DNA of 63,831 nucleotides, the filler included, from Folioceros fuciformis (Eukaryota), in the NCBI GenBank assembly GCA_049999805.1. It is 5 parts of 5 records of this genome, joined end to end, with 100 filler letters (N's around TTAATTAATTAA, not from the genome) between each part and the next. Parts side by side here need not be neighbours in the genome. Positions count along the whole stretch, not along the records: positions 38,667 to 49,058 come from JBNGIO010005090.1; positions 49,159 to 62,670 come from JBNGIO010005094.1; 3 more parts are not named here. One strand, 5' to 3'. The notes under the pieces are model-generated. The model was not told the DNA's origin and made no database searches. It was given only the letters and a program-made list of their open reading frames with translations. The translations under genes and the position numbers were made by a program. Below are positions 46,759-59,600 of this stretch, in pieces (position 1 is the first letter of the stretch; each line of letters starts with the position of its first letter).

Positions 46759-48410
46759 TTACACTTTCTGCCGCTTCGCAGCCTGCACAAATCCAGTAAG
46801 GACTTGCACCTCGTCCAGTTGCTGCACACCCCCGACATCGACAAGAGCTTGTGTTAGGATAAGAAGCCAAGGATGTTTGCATACAAGCCACACTCTTGGC
46901 AGAAACAACAACACAGGCCCTAGGTAGCTAAGAGCACTCACTTGTGACATGAAGTGCCGCCCAACGGCTCGAAGCAGTTGCTCTTTGGTGGAGTTAGGGC
47001 CTACATCTCCCTGGAAGAAACAACAGCACACGACAACGAGTGTGAGAGCGCCTACAGGCTCTTCACACCCCGCACACATAGCCATGCGCACTTGTGACGC
47101 AGAATGTGCTTACGAGTTTGAAATGTCTTCGATATCTCTTAAGTGCAGCCGTCTCCAGCTTGCTTAAATCAACGTGCTGTAAGGTTACGTCGTCACACGT
47201 TACTATTCGCTCAAGGCAAAGAATGTTGCACAACGCTGCAGGAAACGTTGCAAGTCAGGACAAGAAACGTGAAGTTTGAGGGCTACCGGAAGCGCGGCAG
47301 GCTTTGGTCTGGGAATGTCGTCCCCCTTCTTGTCCAACTGTTGCATTGGTGCAGCAGCTGATTCCTTGGCACTGGCATTCCCTAAACCAGGGGCAAGGCT
47401 TGTGCTGCCCGAACTTGACATCGTCGTGATGGTTGGTTTGCGAGGCCGGACTCTAGGCTTGAAAGACCTTGGAAAATCTTCATCGTCTGCGCAAAGTCGT
47501 GATTGTCAGCGTGAGTTAAGAATTTGCTTAGTGCAAGCATGCACGCAGCTCCCAATCAGAAATCGAGGGTAATGCATGCTTTTAAAACTCGAGTGGCTTT
47601 GATCAGGTGCTTCACAATGCTAACGGCAATATATGGTTGGAAACAAAACAACAAAATCATCCAGAGACGGAAATAGCAACCGACCTAGGCTTGCGGTGCT
47701 GGAGAAGGGATTGTCCACCTCGTCATCCTCGTGACCGGTGGGAGGTCCAATAACACTGAGAGCATTCCGCTGCAGTTTCACTTCGTCGCCGTTTGTGAGG
47801 ACCTGACAAAAAGACCATGAACAAAAGGAATGAGGCAAGTTGAAAGTTGAGGAAGAAAAAAATCATGAGCCGTCCGATCCCCTCTCGAAGTGTAACTGAC
47901 AAGAATCCCCTGTCGAAGGGGATTCTTGTCACTCACACTGCATTCGTTTACACTGAGCATACATCCACATGCCGAGCGGATGCTCGTTCAGAAGCCTCAT
48001 CCCGAGGAGCTTGAGTCCGGTTGCAAACAACTTGTGTGCTCCTGAGAACATGTCCTCCTCAAGATCAAGAAGCACAGATGTACAATCCAGAGGAAGGGAA
48101 GAGGCGTAGCAAATCGAGACAAGTGCGCGAAAGGCGTTGGCAGGAAGAATTATAGCAAGCAATGATATGCAAGAAACAAATAATCGGGAGACAAGGTTGT
48201 GTATCAGCACGCACTCACCAGCCAATGCCAGCCCCCAAGGCCAACAGCCTTCTTCACAACTCCATGCAGGCCTACCAAGACTGACTTGGTCCTGTTATTG
48301 CCGGTGACAAGAACTTTCGTGTGCCTTGGGAGCACGGAAAGCCCCTCGTCACCGATCTCCTCACAGCAGGGAGGAAAAAAGGCCGGCGGCCCTCCTTGCG
48401 TCTGCAGCAT
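46759..48410 (-). CDS. SAP30/Sin3-binding histone deacetylase complex subunit, AFR1/AFR2-like (234 aa, 6 exons: 48219-48410, 47685-47802, 47287-47486, 47114-47176, 46942-47010, 46759-46821)
   Basis: LSVLPRHTKVLVTGNNRTKSVLVGLHGVVKKAVGLGGWHWLVLTNGDEVKLQRNALSV and VDLSKLETAALKRYRRHFKL..KEQLLRAVGRHF; all introns GT-AG and in phase. Confidence 0.92.
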
Positions 48411-49058
48411 CACCTCCTTTGACTAAGAAACCAATGAGCGAAGAAGCCTGAATAGCGGCCAGTCCTGGCCTCCGGGATTGCCTACATTGGCCGATAATAA
48501 CACCGTCCCGCCAAAGACCCTGCCATACCATCCCTGGATTGGCACTTGCTGGAGGTGCACCAGATCTACAAATGCTTGCTCACGGACCGCGATTTCTCCC
48601 CCATTCACAGGGGCCAAGAAAAGCTTAGAAACGGCCAGGCCAGGCCAGGCCAGCCCCGAGCCGAGAAGAGAAAGAATGAAGCAGCGCACAGAGGGGGAAG
48701 GTTGGCACAGACGTGGTGTAGATGTCAACGTCTAGTGCGACAACAGATAAGGCATAGGCTGAATGGCAAGGAATCAAGAAGCAGGCGGAGACAGGGGAGG
48801 GCAATCGGAACCCGGCTTAGCAATGCACAGCAAGATTTGGCAACCAAGATTTGGGACATCGGTCGGAATCCGACGCAGGGGCTTGAGAGAGAAGGCCTGC
48901 GAACAACTCCAGTCCTCCAGCCACAAGCGCGAATTGCAAACTGCAGTGTCAAATTGGTGAGAGCCGGAATAAGAAGGTGCTAATTCCGTAAGAGGAATGC
49001 GAGAGAGAGGAGAGGAGACTGGAAGACGACTGCAACAAGAAAGCAGCAGCTCCAGCAC

Positions 49059-49158
49059 NNNNNNNNNNNNNNNNNNNNNNNNNNNNNNNNNNNNNNNNNN
49101 NNTTAATTAATTAANNNNNNNNNNNNNNNNNNNNNNNNNNNNNNNNNNNNNNNNNNNN
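49059..49158. other. Artificial contig linker
   Basis: N44-TTAATTAATTAA-N44. Confidence 0.98.
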
Positions 49159-49327
49159 TTCTGCAGATCCTGCAGTGCGAGGGCAGATCGAGCTGGTATG
49201 ACACTGGATTGATTTGTCGACAGACTCGATTAATGGGTCCGGTGAATCTGTAGACAAGATTGTGTCTCTGCTGTACCTGGGATGGATACCTGTGTGGCTT
49301 CATGTAGAGCCACACAAGGTGCTCCAC
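49159..49327 (-). pseudogene. Gypsy integrase C-terminal (GPF/SH3-like) fragment
   Basis: LVWLYMKPHRYP..NLVYRFTGP..INPVSYQLDLP. Confidence 0.6.
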
Positions 49328-49329
49328 AC

Positions 49330-49990
49330 TTGGGCAGAAAGCTGGGCTGGCTGTGAAGTACTAGCTGATGCTGAGGGGTTGGGTCATGATTTGTCTGCAT
49401 CTCACATGTTCTATCTGGCAAAAGCATGACAGTTGTCCCAGCATTATTGTTCTTCGTCCTGTTCTGGGCTTCCGAGACATTCGAAATTGAAGGGATGTCT
49501 GAAACCATGTATTGCCTATGGGCAATGGTGCTTGTAGTAGAGATGGGACTAAGCTGATTGTAGCGGCTCATCCAGGCCTGTGGGAGTTGGGATCATGTCC
49601 TCTAACCCCTGTTCTGTGGAATTGCGTGTACAAGGAAGTACTTAAAGCTTGCCCCAGAGATCTTAGCCTGATGGCAAAGGAGTGTGTTTTGGAAGCATGT
49701 TATTCCCACAGGGTGGTACATCAGGTGGCATCTATGTCGGTCAACAGCTCAGGAGTGGAACTCTTCCTTCAATTGTGATATTAACTCTTGACGTGCCTCT
49801 CTATGGACATGGTATGCCGATTTGTTCCAAGGCACTACCGTGTACGCCTGTCTTGGCAGCAAAAATTTGTAACCTTCGAGGCAATCCTGAAGGCCCCACC
49901 GGACACTTCTGCCTGAAGTGGTGGGAAGGTCGATGGCCAAGAAATTGAAGTAACTTAATCTGCTCTTCGTTCAGCAGGCACCCTCGACTG
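49330..49990 (+). pseudogene. Decayed duplicate of the 3' half (exons 6-9, with introns) of the ADP-ribose diphosphatase gene
   Basis: Colinear similarity to 56830-57490, e.g. GATGGGACTAAGCTGATTGTAGCGGCTCA and TTTGTAACCTTCGAGGCAATCCTG, with indels. Confidence 0.85.
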
Positions 49991-50013
49991 TCCTCACCAT
50001 GGCTCATAAACGT

Positions 50014-52129
50014 TCAAGGAAACGCCGGGGGAGGATCCCTGATTCCCAAAATCCCCTCCAGCGGGAAGACAACCTCAATCAGCGTGGCCTCGTTGCAAGG
50101 TTTCCCAAGGAAGGACACGCCGAACGGCAGGCCTGACGAGGGGTCGTAGCCTGCTGGGATAGTGAAAGTGGGAAATCCCCCAAACGAGGCTGGCACGTCG
50201 ATGCTGCTATCTGCCGGCGCTAGAAGCGCGTCCAACTGGTTGTCGCTGAACACTTGCACCAGCCCCTGCTGGTTCTGCCTCGCCACGATCTGCTGCGCCA
50301 GCAAGTACGCCTGGCTGGACTGCCCGGAAGTCAGGTTCTGCGCTGCGATGAACAGGTCGTCGGGGAACTTACTGAATTGCTGCCATCGCCAAGGGAGCCA
50401 TTCCAGTCAGTTGTTGGACAGGTTTTTCTCTGGACAGATGTGGAGGACTGGTGGTGTTGGAGAACCTACGTACCTCGCGGGGATCGGCTTGATCGAAGGC
50501 GATGATGTCCTCCAGCGTTGCGACGGGGCTCTTCTTCAGCGTGGCCAGATACTTGTTGATATTCACCTTGAAGTCGGATAGGAGCAGGAATTTGTCGGCG
50601 GTGAGTGGCGCAGTGAACGGTGCTACGCCATTGAAGATCTGTGTGAACACTGCGGGGTTGAGGATGGTGTTGTCGATGACTATCGCGCCGTGCTTGCTGC
50701 ACGAGGAAGGCGAGGTGTGAGTTCTCCAGAAGTGGTAGAGGCCGCAGCCTCGCATGTTCTGAGATCGCGTGCTGGAACCGGGGACGGAAGACGGCTTACA
50801 TGAGCACAGAGATGACGATTTCGAGGGCCGATATCTGGAAGTCGGGAAGGCCTTGGAAGAAGTCGCGCGCGATGCCGATGCGCTTGCCGACCAGCCCGTC
50901 GAGCAGCTTGTGCGCTTGGTATCCACCAGACGGCGGCTGGCAGCTGAATGCACTGCCAGGATCGGCTGGATCCGGCACCGCGATCACGTCCAGCAGCGCC
51001 ACGACGTCCTCCACGTACTTTCCGATGGGCCTGCGGTTTGATTTGTTCCAGAGCGTGAGATGTGGAGGAGCGTAACATTACCACCTTTCCGCATTCAGTC
51101 TTCGGTGCGATTGTTGCGTTACGATCAAGGAATATGCGAGGATCTATGGAGATTTGGAGATTGAGACGGGAACCGATCTGGAATGTCTGGAGACGCTTAC
51201 CCCGGCGAATCAACGCTGAAGGAGATGGGGACGATCCCAGTGCGGGAGGTGAGTCCCGGGGTCGGCTTGATGCTCGCTACGGCGTTCCTGCTGGCTGGCT
51301 CGGTGATGGAGCCTTGAGTCTCGGTGCCGATGGAGAGCAGCACCAAGTTGGCCGCGACGGCCACTGCCGGACCTGAGCTGCTGCCGCCGGGGTTCAGCGT
51401 GACGTTGTACGCATCCTGAAGAGGCAGATCACAGCGATTGCATTACAGAAGTTGAAGGTATTGGATCTGGAAGGAAGAGTGGAATGAATTCCAGGCTTTG
51501 CAAATTGCATGGCATGGTTGCCTACGTTAGTTTGGCCACCTCTAGGGCTGAACCCTTGCGGTTGTTGGAGGGAGCGGACGTGCAAGAACTCGCTGAGGTT
51601 GGCTTTGCCGAAGATGATGGCACCCGCGCGGCGCAGGAGCTTCACGATGAACGCCTCTGTGGTCACTTTGGAGCCGAGCAACGCAAAGGATCCTGCAGTG
51701 GTGTCCAGCTTGTCTGTGGTGCCGATATTGTCCTTGAGCAGAACCGGGACGCCGTGGAGGCCTCCAACGTGCCCCCCTGCTGCAACCCTGGCCGGACATA
51801 AAGAAAGGGCATCACGGTCTTGTCCCAGGCTATTTCTTACAGGAGCACCGTGAGATGCGTTGCGTCGTTATTCACCTTTCTTGATCGGCTTTCTTGGCCA
51901 AGTACAGGACATCCGGGTTGATTTCGATGATGGCGTTGAGCTGGGAGTTGTATTGCACCACGCGCTGGAGGTACAGGTTTACTAGCTGGACCGAGGTCAG
52001 GCTTCCTTCCCGGAATGCTAGCTGTACGTCCGAAATGGCGGCCTCGATTATCTCAAATCCCGAAGCAGAGGTGCCGAGTACGAGAGCTAACGCCACAAGA
52101 ACAAGCAAGAAGGCTTTCTTGTTCGCCAT
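50014..52129 (-). CDS. Secreted amidase-signature family protein A (516 aa, 6 exons: 51876-52129, 51526-51787, 51201-51415, 50800-51030, 50474-50696, 50014-50379)
   Basis: Signal-peptide-like N-terminus; [52 protein letters not shown] introns in phase. Confidence 0.92.
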
Positions 52130-52872
52130 TGAAAGAGCGAGAGAGGAACTTACTCCATTCGCTCCTGCGTCTCCAGAATTTATGGAAGGGATGGACGCGG
52201 CCAGTGCATTGTGGGAGGCAAGTTGGCCACACTTGTCCGAAGCCGGCACAACGCGTACAGCGCAGGCGGCTGCAGACAAAGACAAAGGCATGGGGATGAT
52301 AATCTTTCGAGAATATGTCCCTCAACGTGAGACAGAAATGCATGAGGCCTGCATTGCCTTCTATGGATTAGGACTCTGGGTTGCGAGTGCTGTTTCTGTG
52401 GAGAAAGATTAGCGGGCTGAATCTGGTCAGTGGGCAAAGATGCATAAGCCGAGGGCGCGCGCCAGCAGAAGCTCTCGAGCGAACGGCCAAGAGATACCGA
52501 GACAAGGTTCGGGACATGGATGCAGACAAACTACTCACACTAAACGACGCTAGAGCGATCAACAGTCCCCAAACCGGGGTAGCAGAACCCTGGATTAGCG
52601 CACTCTGAACACCTTGCTCACCAGGCACCCACTGGGGTTTGTGTTCCAGCCTAACTGCCAACAGCGCCGACTTGGAGGTGGATCATCCCCACCTGGACGG
52701 AATTTCTGTCGCAGAATGGAACTCATGAAAAACACCAATGTCCAACAAGGCCTACTGGCCCTGTTGGCTAATCAAACACCAAGGCCTACTGGCCTTTCGA
52801 TGTGCTGTAGATGTCCATGATATTCGTGATCGAGTGATGATCAAAGGTTTCGGCTCTGCCTGCAACAAGGAT

Positions 52873-54990
52873 TCAAGGAAACGCGGGGGCCGATTTCCTG
52901 ACCCCCAAAATACGTTCCAGTGGGAACACAATCTCAACCAGCTTGGCCTCGCTGCAAGGGTTCCCCAGGAAAGAAACCCCGAACGGCAGACCCGACGTGG
53001 GATTGTAGCCGGCCGGGATAGTGAAAGTGGGAAATCCCCCGAACGCGGCCGGCACACTTATGCTGCTGTCTGCCGGGGCCAGCAGCGCATCCAGCCCGTT
53101 GTCGCTGAACACCTTCACCAGCCCCTGCTGGTTCTGCCCCGCCACGATCTGCTGCGCCAGCAAGTACTCCTGGCTGGATTCACCCGAGGTCAGGTTCTGT
53201 GCAGCGATGAACACTTCGTCCGGGAACTTGCTAAATTGCTGCCATGACCAGACGCGGCGATTCGAGTTCTCCCTGATCAGTAGCTGGAAGACTGGGATGT
53301 CTCTTCCGGACAGAAATTGAAGGTGGTGCGGGGAACCCACCTCGCGGGGATCGGCTTGATCGAAGGCGATGATATCCTCGAGTGTAGCGACGCGGCTATC
53401 CTTCAGCGTGGCCAGATAGTTGTTGATGTTTACCTTGAAGTCGGAGAGGAGCACAAACTTGTCGGCGGTGAGCGGCGCCGGGAACGGCGGCGCGCCATTG
53501 AAGATGTCGCTTAAGACGTCGGGCTGGATGGTGGTGTTGTCGATGACGTTCGCACCGTGCTGGCTGAAACACAAACGTGCGAGGTGTGAGTGCTGGCGTA
53601 GCGGTAGAGACGTGGCCTCGTGGAGCGCAAGCACTGTGAGATCGAATCCCTGATGGCAAGACTTCTTACACCAAAGTGGAGACGACGTTGTCGAGAACTG
53701 CTTGCTTAAAGTCGGCAAGGCCTTGGAAGAAGTCACGCGCGATACCGATGCGCTTGCCGACCAGCCCGTTAAGCCGCTTGTGCGCCTGATATCCCCGCTT
53801 CGGCCGCTGGCAATGGTACGGGCTGCCAGGATCTCCTGGATCGCGGTGCGCGATGACGTCCAGCAACGCTACGACGTCTTCTACGTACTTCCCAATCGGC
53901 CTGCAGGTTGTTACAAAGATTGAAACCTTCTCACGGCGTTCTGGATTCAAACGACCTTTGAGCATTCAGTGCGACAGGTTTCAATCCAGGAACGTGTGAG
54001 AAGGCGTTTCAATCCAGGAGTGTGCCGAGACGCAATGGTTGGAGACGCTTACCCTGGCGTATCAGCGCCGAAGGAGATGGGGAGCATGCCGGCGCGGGAC
54101 GTGAGCCCCGGGGTCGGCTTGAGGCCCGCTACCGCATTCTTGCTGACTGGGTCAGTGATGGCGCCCTGCGTCTCGAAGCCGATGGACAAAAGCACCAAGT
54201 TGGCGGCGACGGCTACTGCCGAGCCTGAGCTGGTTCCGCCGGGGTTCAGCGTGACATTGTACGGATCCTGGAGAGGCAGATCACAGGAATACCAGAGTGT
54301 GGAGGCGGGGGATTATGGAAACAAGTTCGGTTGAGGAGTAGATGAAACTGCGCAATGCGTACATTGGTCTGGCCGCCTCTAGGGCTGAAGCCTTGTGGCT
54401 GCTGGAGGGAGCGGAGGTGATAGAACTCGCTGAGGTTGGCCTTGCCGAAAATGATGGCCCCGGCGCGGCGTAGGAGCTGGACGATGAAGGCGTCGCTGGT
54501 GACTTTGGAGCCGAGGAGCGCGAAAGATCCTGCCGTGGTGTTGAGCTTGTCTCTGGTATTGATGCTGTCCTTGAGGAGGACCGGGACGCCGTGGAGGCCT
54601 CCGATGTACCCGCCTGCTGCAGCCCTGGTGCATAGCATACATACGGGGAAGCACATTACATTCTCGTCCAAGGTCATTTCTTCCGCCCATCCTGAAAGCA
54701 TCGAGCAGCATACTGTAAGCGTTTGGCGCCAACCTTTCTCTGTCTGCTTTCTTCGCCCAGTGAAGGACATCGGGGTTGATCTCGATGATGGCGTTGAGCT
54801 GGGAATTGTACTTTTCCACTCGCTTGAGGTACAGCGTCACCAGCTGGACAGAGGTGAGTCTTCCCTCCCGGAAGGCCAGTTGCACGTCAGAGATAGTGGC
54901 CTCGATTATGTTGAATCCTGAAGCAGCGTTGCTAAGTGGGAGAACGAAACCCACGACGAAAGCCAGCATCAAGCCTTTCGCGCTCGCCAT
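52873..54990 (-). CDS. Amidase-signature family protein B, probable pseudo-enzyme (517 aa, 6 exons: 54734-54990, 54363-54624, 54053-54267, 53670-53900, 53341-53563, 52873-53238)
   Basis: Exons 2-6 identical in length to amidase A; open frame; signature reads PGGTSSG and GFETQGAI. Confidence 0.9.
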
Positions 54991-55757
54991 CGAAAGCGAG
55001 CCAGAGGAACCTCGCATCCACTCCTCCCTCTCTCCTTCCCATAGACCGAATGATTTATGGCAACCATCGGCTCTGACCGCGATCGTGTGACGTACGCACA
55101 CAGTGTACGTACAGTGAGAAAAGAAAAGAAAAACCGTGCCAGGTCACGAAGGACGGACGACCGTCATAGCAGGCGGTAGAGCTATGGATAGAAGAACTCA
55201 AGAGTCATAAAGTAGCTCCCTTTGGGATATTCTTGGCAGGAATCCGTCAAGTTTAGATATGTCTGGGTTCCAAGTGCGTGAATGTAGATATTTCCAGTAC
55301 TCAACTGGAAGCTGGGAACGTAAACGTGATTCTCGAAGAACGATCCGATGGCAGAGAGGAATGAGCCAGTGCTGAATTCATGTGCCATCCCCACAACCGG
55401 GCTCCTGCTCTACAACTTGCTAGTATGTGAGTTCTGCAGTTCAATGCCATGGGTGGCTCCTGAGGCTGAATTGAGTTTAGGGTTTAACAAGCGATAGAAG
55501 GCAGATTCCTGCGTAACGGATCGGAAAGGAATATCCAAGGGAACTGGATACGGAACTGGCCAGGGACTTTCTTTCCAGGTGCAATGTTGGGGGAAGAGAG
55601 TGAGAAGATCTCCTGGGACAGTCTTCCCTGGTTTCTCATGTGAGGTGTAATCCATATGTTTGCAAGCTGGCCATGAGTCTCGGGCGGTGAGACGTCAGTG
55701 CAATTCGTTATACGGAGCTGTTGGACAGGTAGAAGGAACAAGAGTGGAAAAAGAGGG
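54991..55757. promoter_or_regulatory. Short head-to-head intergenic region, candidate bidirectional promoter
   Basis: 767 bp between the divergent ATGs of amidase B and the diphosphatase gene; inferred from position only. Confidence 0.4.
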
Positions 55758-57502
55758 ATGGAGGATTCACCTTTATCTGCTGTTAAGAAGCCTCTGTTTT
55801 CTTTCGGCTTGATTGCCGACGTCCAGTATGCGGACAAAGAGAATGGAGGTATTTTCGTCTCTGTATGCACAGGCGATGGCCTTTCGAGCTGTACCGATGC
55901 TTTTGCTTGGTTCCTCCAATGAACTGTGGGCTGTTGGTGGTGTAGAGTACGAAGGACGTATTCAACGATACCGGGAAGCACCAGGGAAGCTGGAAACAGC
56001 CGTGACGGCATTCAATGCTTTGAAGCAAGACCTGCCGTAAGGACACGAGCAGGTTTCAATGCTGTATATGTTGAAACCGTGCTTTGAAGAAACCATCAGC
56101 CCGCGTACTGTCCTGCTTTCAGCTTGCAAGGGATAACCCTGGTTCATCGGTGATGTGACCTGGATGTTGTGCAGGTTTGTCCTGACATTGGGCGACATAA
56201 TCGACGGTAATACCACATCAGAGAAGAGTTTGGAGGATTTCAATGTTGTCCTGGACGCTCTCGCCAAAGTATGGGCGTTGGAAGGGCTTCTTTGGCTGTT
56301 GACAGCTCAAACAACATATGAGTGATACGCTAACATTGCATAGATTTGCAGCTTGAGGTCCCTGCGTATCATCTGCTTGGCAATCATTGTTTGGCATTGC
56401 CACGAGATGTCATGCTATCGAAGCTGGCCATGAAGAGCCGCTACTACCGAGCTGACATTGCACCAAACTGGGCTTTGGTATCTGAGTTCTCCTGCCTTCC
56501 TGGAATGTCAAGCCTTCTCCATCTAGACGCCTGATGAGTGTCAGAGTATAACTCCTCTGGTTTTGGTTATTGCAGGTTGTGCTGGACTCGATGGATGTAA
56601 GTGTAAGGTGGCCAGAAGACTCAGGTAACTACCAGGTCAGTACACCTGTCGCTGTTCACTGTAAGAGCTTATGCTACATCGTGTGGTGATCCAAACGAAG
56701 TCAAATCTTTAACTCAACCTCCTATTCCACTTGGTTTGTATTGATGCAGGAAGCAGTCAAGTATCTACAAGCTCACCCACTGAGCGATGCGTACCCCCAG
56801 TCTGCAGACTGGAATGGGGGGATTGGGGCAGAGCAGAAAGCTTGGCTGGCTGAAATAATAGCTGGTGCTGAGAGGTTGGTTCACGTTTGTCTTGATCTCA
56901 GATAGTCTGGTTGTCCAAGCATTATTGTTCTACGGCCTGTTCTGGGCTTCCCTGACTTCGAGCGTGGTCTGAAACCATGCATGTGCTATGGGCCATGGTG
57001 CTTGCAGAGATGGGACCAAGCTGATTGTAGCGGCTCACCACCCTGTGGGAGCGGGGTCATGTCCTCCAACCCATCTTCTGTGGAACCACGAAGAGGTTCT
57101 GAGAAACTGCATCAAAGAACTCGGCTTCGTAACAAAAGCGTGTTGTTTTGAGGCACCTTATTTCTAAACCTTACTGGCTGATCTCTCAGGTGGCATCTAT
57201 GTTGGTCAACAGCCCAGCAGTGAAGCTCTTTCTTTGTGGTACCAAATTCTTTTCTCAAATGCTTTACGGCAAGAACCAAGGCACTTCCCTGTTGACATGC
57301 TGCTTGCTCTCGTCTTCCAGGTCACTACCATGTAGGAGGCTATGCTTGTCTTAGCAGCACACATTTTGTAACCTTCGAGGCAATCCTGGAGGCACCACCA
57401 GACACCACAGCCTATGGCGTGGTCGATGTCCACGAAAGTGAAGTGATCATCAACGGCTTCGGCTCTGCCTCCAGTCGGCGCCTGCCACTGAAAGCACCTT
57501 GA
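55758..57502 (+). CDS. Mn-dependent ADP-ribose/CDP-alcohol diphosphatase (ADPRM-like metallophosphoesterase), 301 aa, 9 exons: 55758-55848, 55946-56036, 56175-56268, 56352-56477, 56576-56635, 56750-56874, 57008-57095, 57190-57238, 57321-57502
   Basis: FSFGLIADVQYAD, LGDIIDG, LGNHC, WNGGIG..QKAWL, AHHP, GHYHVGGY motifs; GT-AG introns in phase. Confidence 0.9.
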
Positions 57503-57519
57503 CCCACCAAACTTCAGCA

Positions 57520-57665
57520 ATGATTCCTGATCGATAAAATCCCTTCCCGGGGTGAAGTGAATCTCAAACACCGTTACCTCGCGGCAGCGTTTCCTCGTCA
57601 CAGACAATCCGAACGGCGGCCGGGATGGTGAAAGTGGGTAACCCGGCAAATGCGGCTGGCACGAA
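57520..57665 (-). pseudogene. Relic of an amidase last exon
   Basis: CCGAACGGC..GGCCGGGATGGTGAAAGTGGG..GCGGCTGGCAC matches 52895-53056 with a deletion. Confidence 0.7.
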
Positions 57666-57917
57666 AATCTAGCCGGCTAGGTGCACGGGACAAAGCAGGG
57701 ACACTGGAATCCTTTCTTGTCTGTTCGTCGGCAACTGTTTGATGGAAATGTAAGAAGGATGTTGCTATCTGGGAGATACACAAGACCGACACCGGGAAAG
57801 CACTTGGGAAAAAAAAGGAGCATCCTTCAGAAACAATGACTTTACGACTTGAACCTAACCCAGCAAGTAGATTATTTTTTATTATTCAAAGAGATATGGA
57901 AAGTTCTATCTTCTTTA

Positions 57918-58210
57918 AAGATTGGAGATCGAAAGATTGGAGATTAGAGGAATAACCTTTGGAGATTGAAAGATTGGAGATTGGAGGAATAATCGTTGGA
58001 GATTGAAAGATTGGAGATTGGAGGAATAATCATTGAAGATTGAAAGATTGGAGATCGGAGGAATAACGTGAGCAAGGCGAGGAGGAAACGATTGGAGATT
58101 GGAGGAGGAAAAGATTGGAGATTGGAGGAATAATCATTGGAGATGAAACATTGGAGATTGGAGGACCTAAGCAAGGTGAGGAGGAAAAGATTGGAGATTG
58201 GAGGAATAAC
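57918..58210. repeat. Degenerate purine-rich tandem repeat (GATTGGA/GATTGAAA/GGAGGAATAA units)
   Basis: Repeated AAAGATTGGAGATTGGAGGAATAA variants. Confidence 0.85.
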
Positions 58211-58599
58211 CCGAGCAACGCCAAGAGGAATAACAAGAGTTCACACATCACATCATTCTAAACAATTACTACGGCTCCCGAAATACTATAATGTGCAATA
58301 ACAAAATGTCATGATGTGGAAAAACAAAAGGCTACTCATGCATGGGTCTTAATCCTCATATATGTGCAGCATTATTCCATGATAAGGGGCATACATAGGA
58401 GCTTAAGCGGGCAATTTATTGATCGTGTTTGGGTATAGAACTTGAATAAGACAAATATGCATGCAGGTAAGGAAGGGTTACTTATCATGCTCGGTTCTCA
58501 TGGTAGTCATGATGTGTTACAACTAATGTGAAACAATCCTTGACATATGTAGCATGTGCAATGACATATGTAGCATGTGGAAATGTCCATAGAGCGTAC

Positions 58600-58915
58600 C
58601 TACTAAACATGTATATTTTCAAAAGAGTTGTGAACAGATTATATATCGCAAAGCCTAATGCGGCTTATCTAGAAAGATGAAGACATCAATTGCAGGCAAA
58701 ACAATGCTTCTATAACCCATGAGATATTTCTTGAGTGGCTTCAACACTTTTAAAAATATCTTGCTACACATAAAAGGAGTAAAGTAACACATATCCTTGG
58801 ACAGTGCCAACTATTGTCAGCAAATGGAGCTCATTATACTCTACATGCCTAGTCATGTACTTCAATCTTTTGATGTTGTTGTCTTCAAGCCCTTCAAGCC
58901 CTTCAAGAAAGCTTT
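58600..58915 (+). pseudogene. Possible pogo/DDE_1 transposase relic
   Basis: ITHEIFLEWLQHF and SHVLQSFDVVVFKPFK resemble DDE_1 motifs (F..WL.HF; SH.LQPLDV..F.PFK). Confidence 0.5.
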
Positions 58916-59019
58916 GCGAAGGAGGAGTACCTTTCGGTAATGGGAACATCGGGAGATTGTTGGGAACCCTACCCTTCCCCTCCCTCCCGCCTTTTCATCT
59001 TTTTTGGGGAAGTCTTGCC

Positions 59020-59600
59020 TATTGATCTTGCACCCCTCTCGCTTGTTGATCCACATGCCGATCTCCCCTGTCACACTCCGCCTTGCCCGCATGTTGATTT
59101 GCCCTCCGCCTATTGATCGGCTTGCCTATGAGCTCTCCCCTATCTGCTTACCGATAAGCTCTCCACTTGTTGATCCACTTGTCGATCACCTCTGTGCTTG
59201 TTGATTCGCCAATCAATCCGCTTGCCGATCACTTGTTGATCTGCTTGTTGATTCACTTGTCGATCACTTGTTGATCGACTTGTCGATCACTTGTTGATCC
59301 ATTTGTCGAGCACTTGTTGATCCACCTGTCGATCACCTCTCCACCTATTGATTTGCCTGTTGATCACCTCTTCGCTTGTTGATATGCATGACGATCACCC
59401 ACACCTATGGACGATCTCTTTGCCCGTTGATCCACATGACAATCACCTTTGCACTTGTTGATCCGCATGACAATCACCCGTTGATCCACATGACAATAAC
59501 CCGTTGATCCACATGACAATCACCTCTGCACTTGTTGATCCGCATGACGATCACCCTCGTTGCTAATGTGCCCCCAACCCCCCTCCCCGCTTGTTGATCT
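59020..59600. repeat. Degenerate minisatellite (TGTTGATCCAC(TTGTCGATCAC/ATGACAATCAC) units)
   Basis: GTTGATC core recurs more than a dozen times. Confidence 0.85.

Noticed and set aside
50162-55090. Many overlapping plus-strand ORFs across the amidase genes
   Set aside because: Antisense shadows of GC-rich coding exons.
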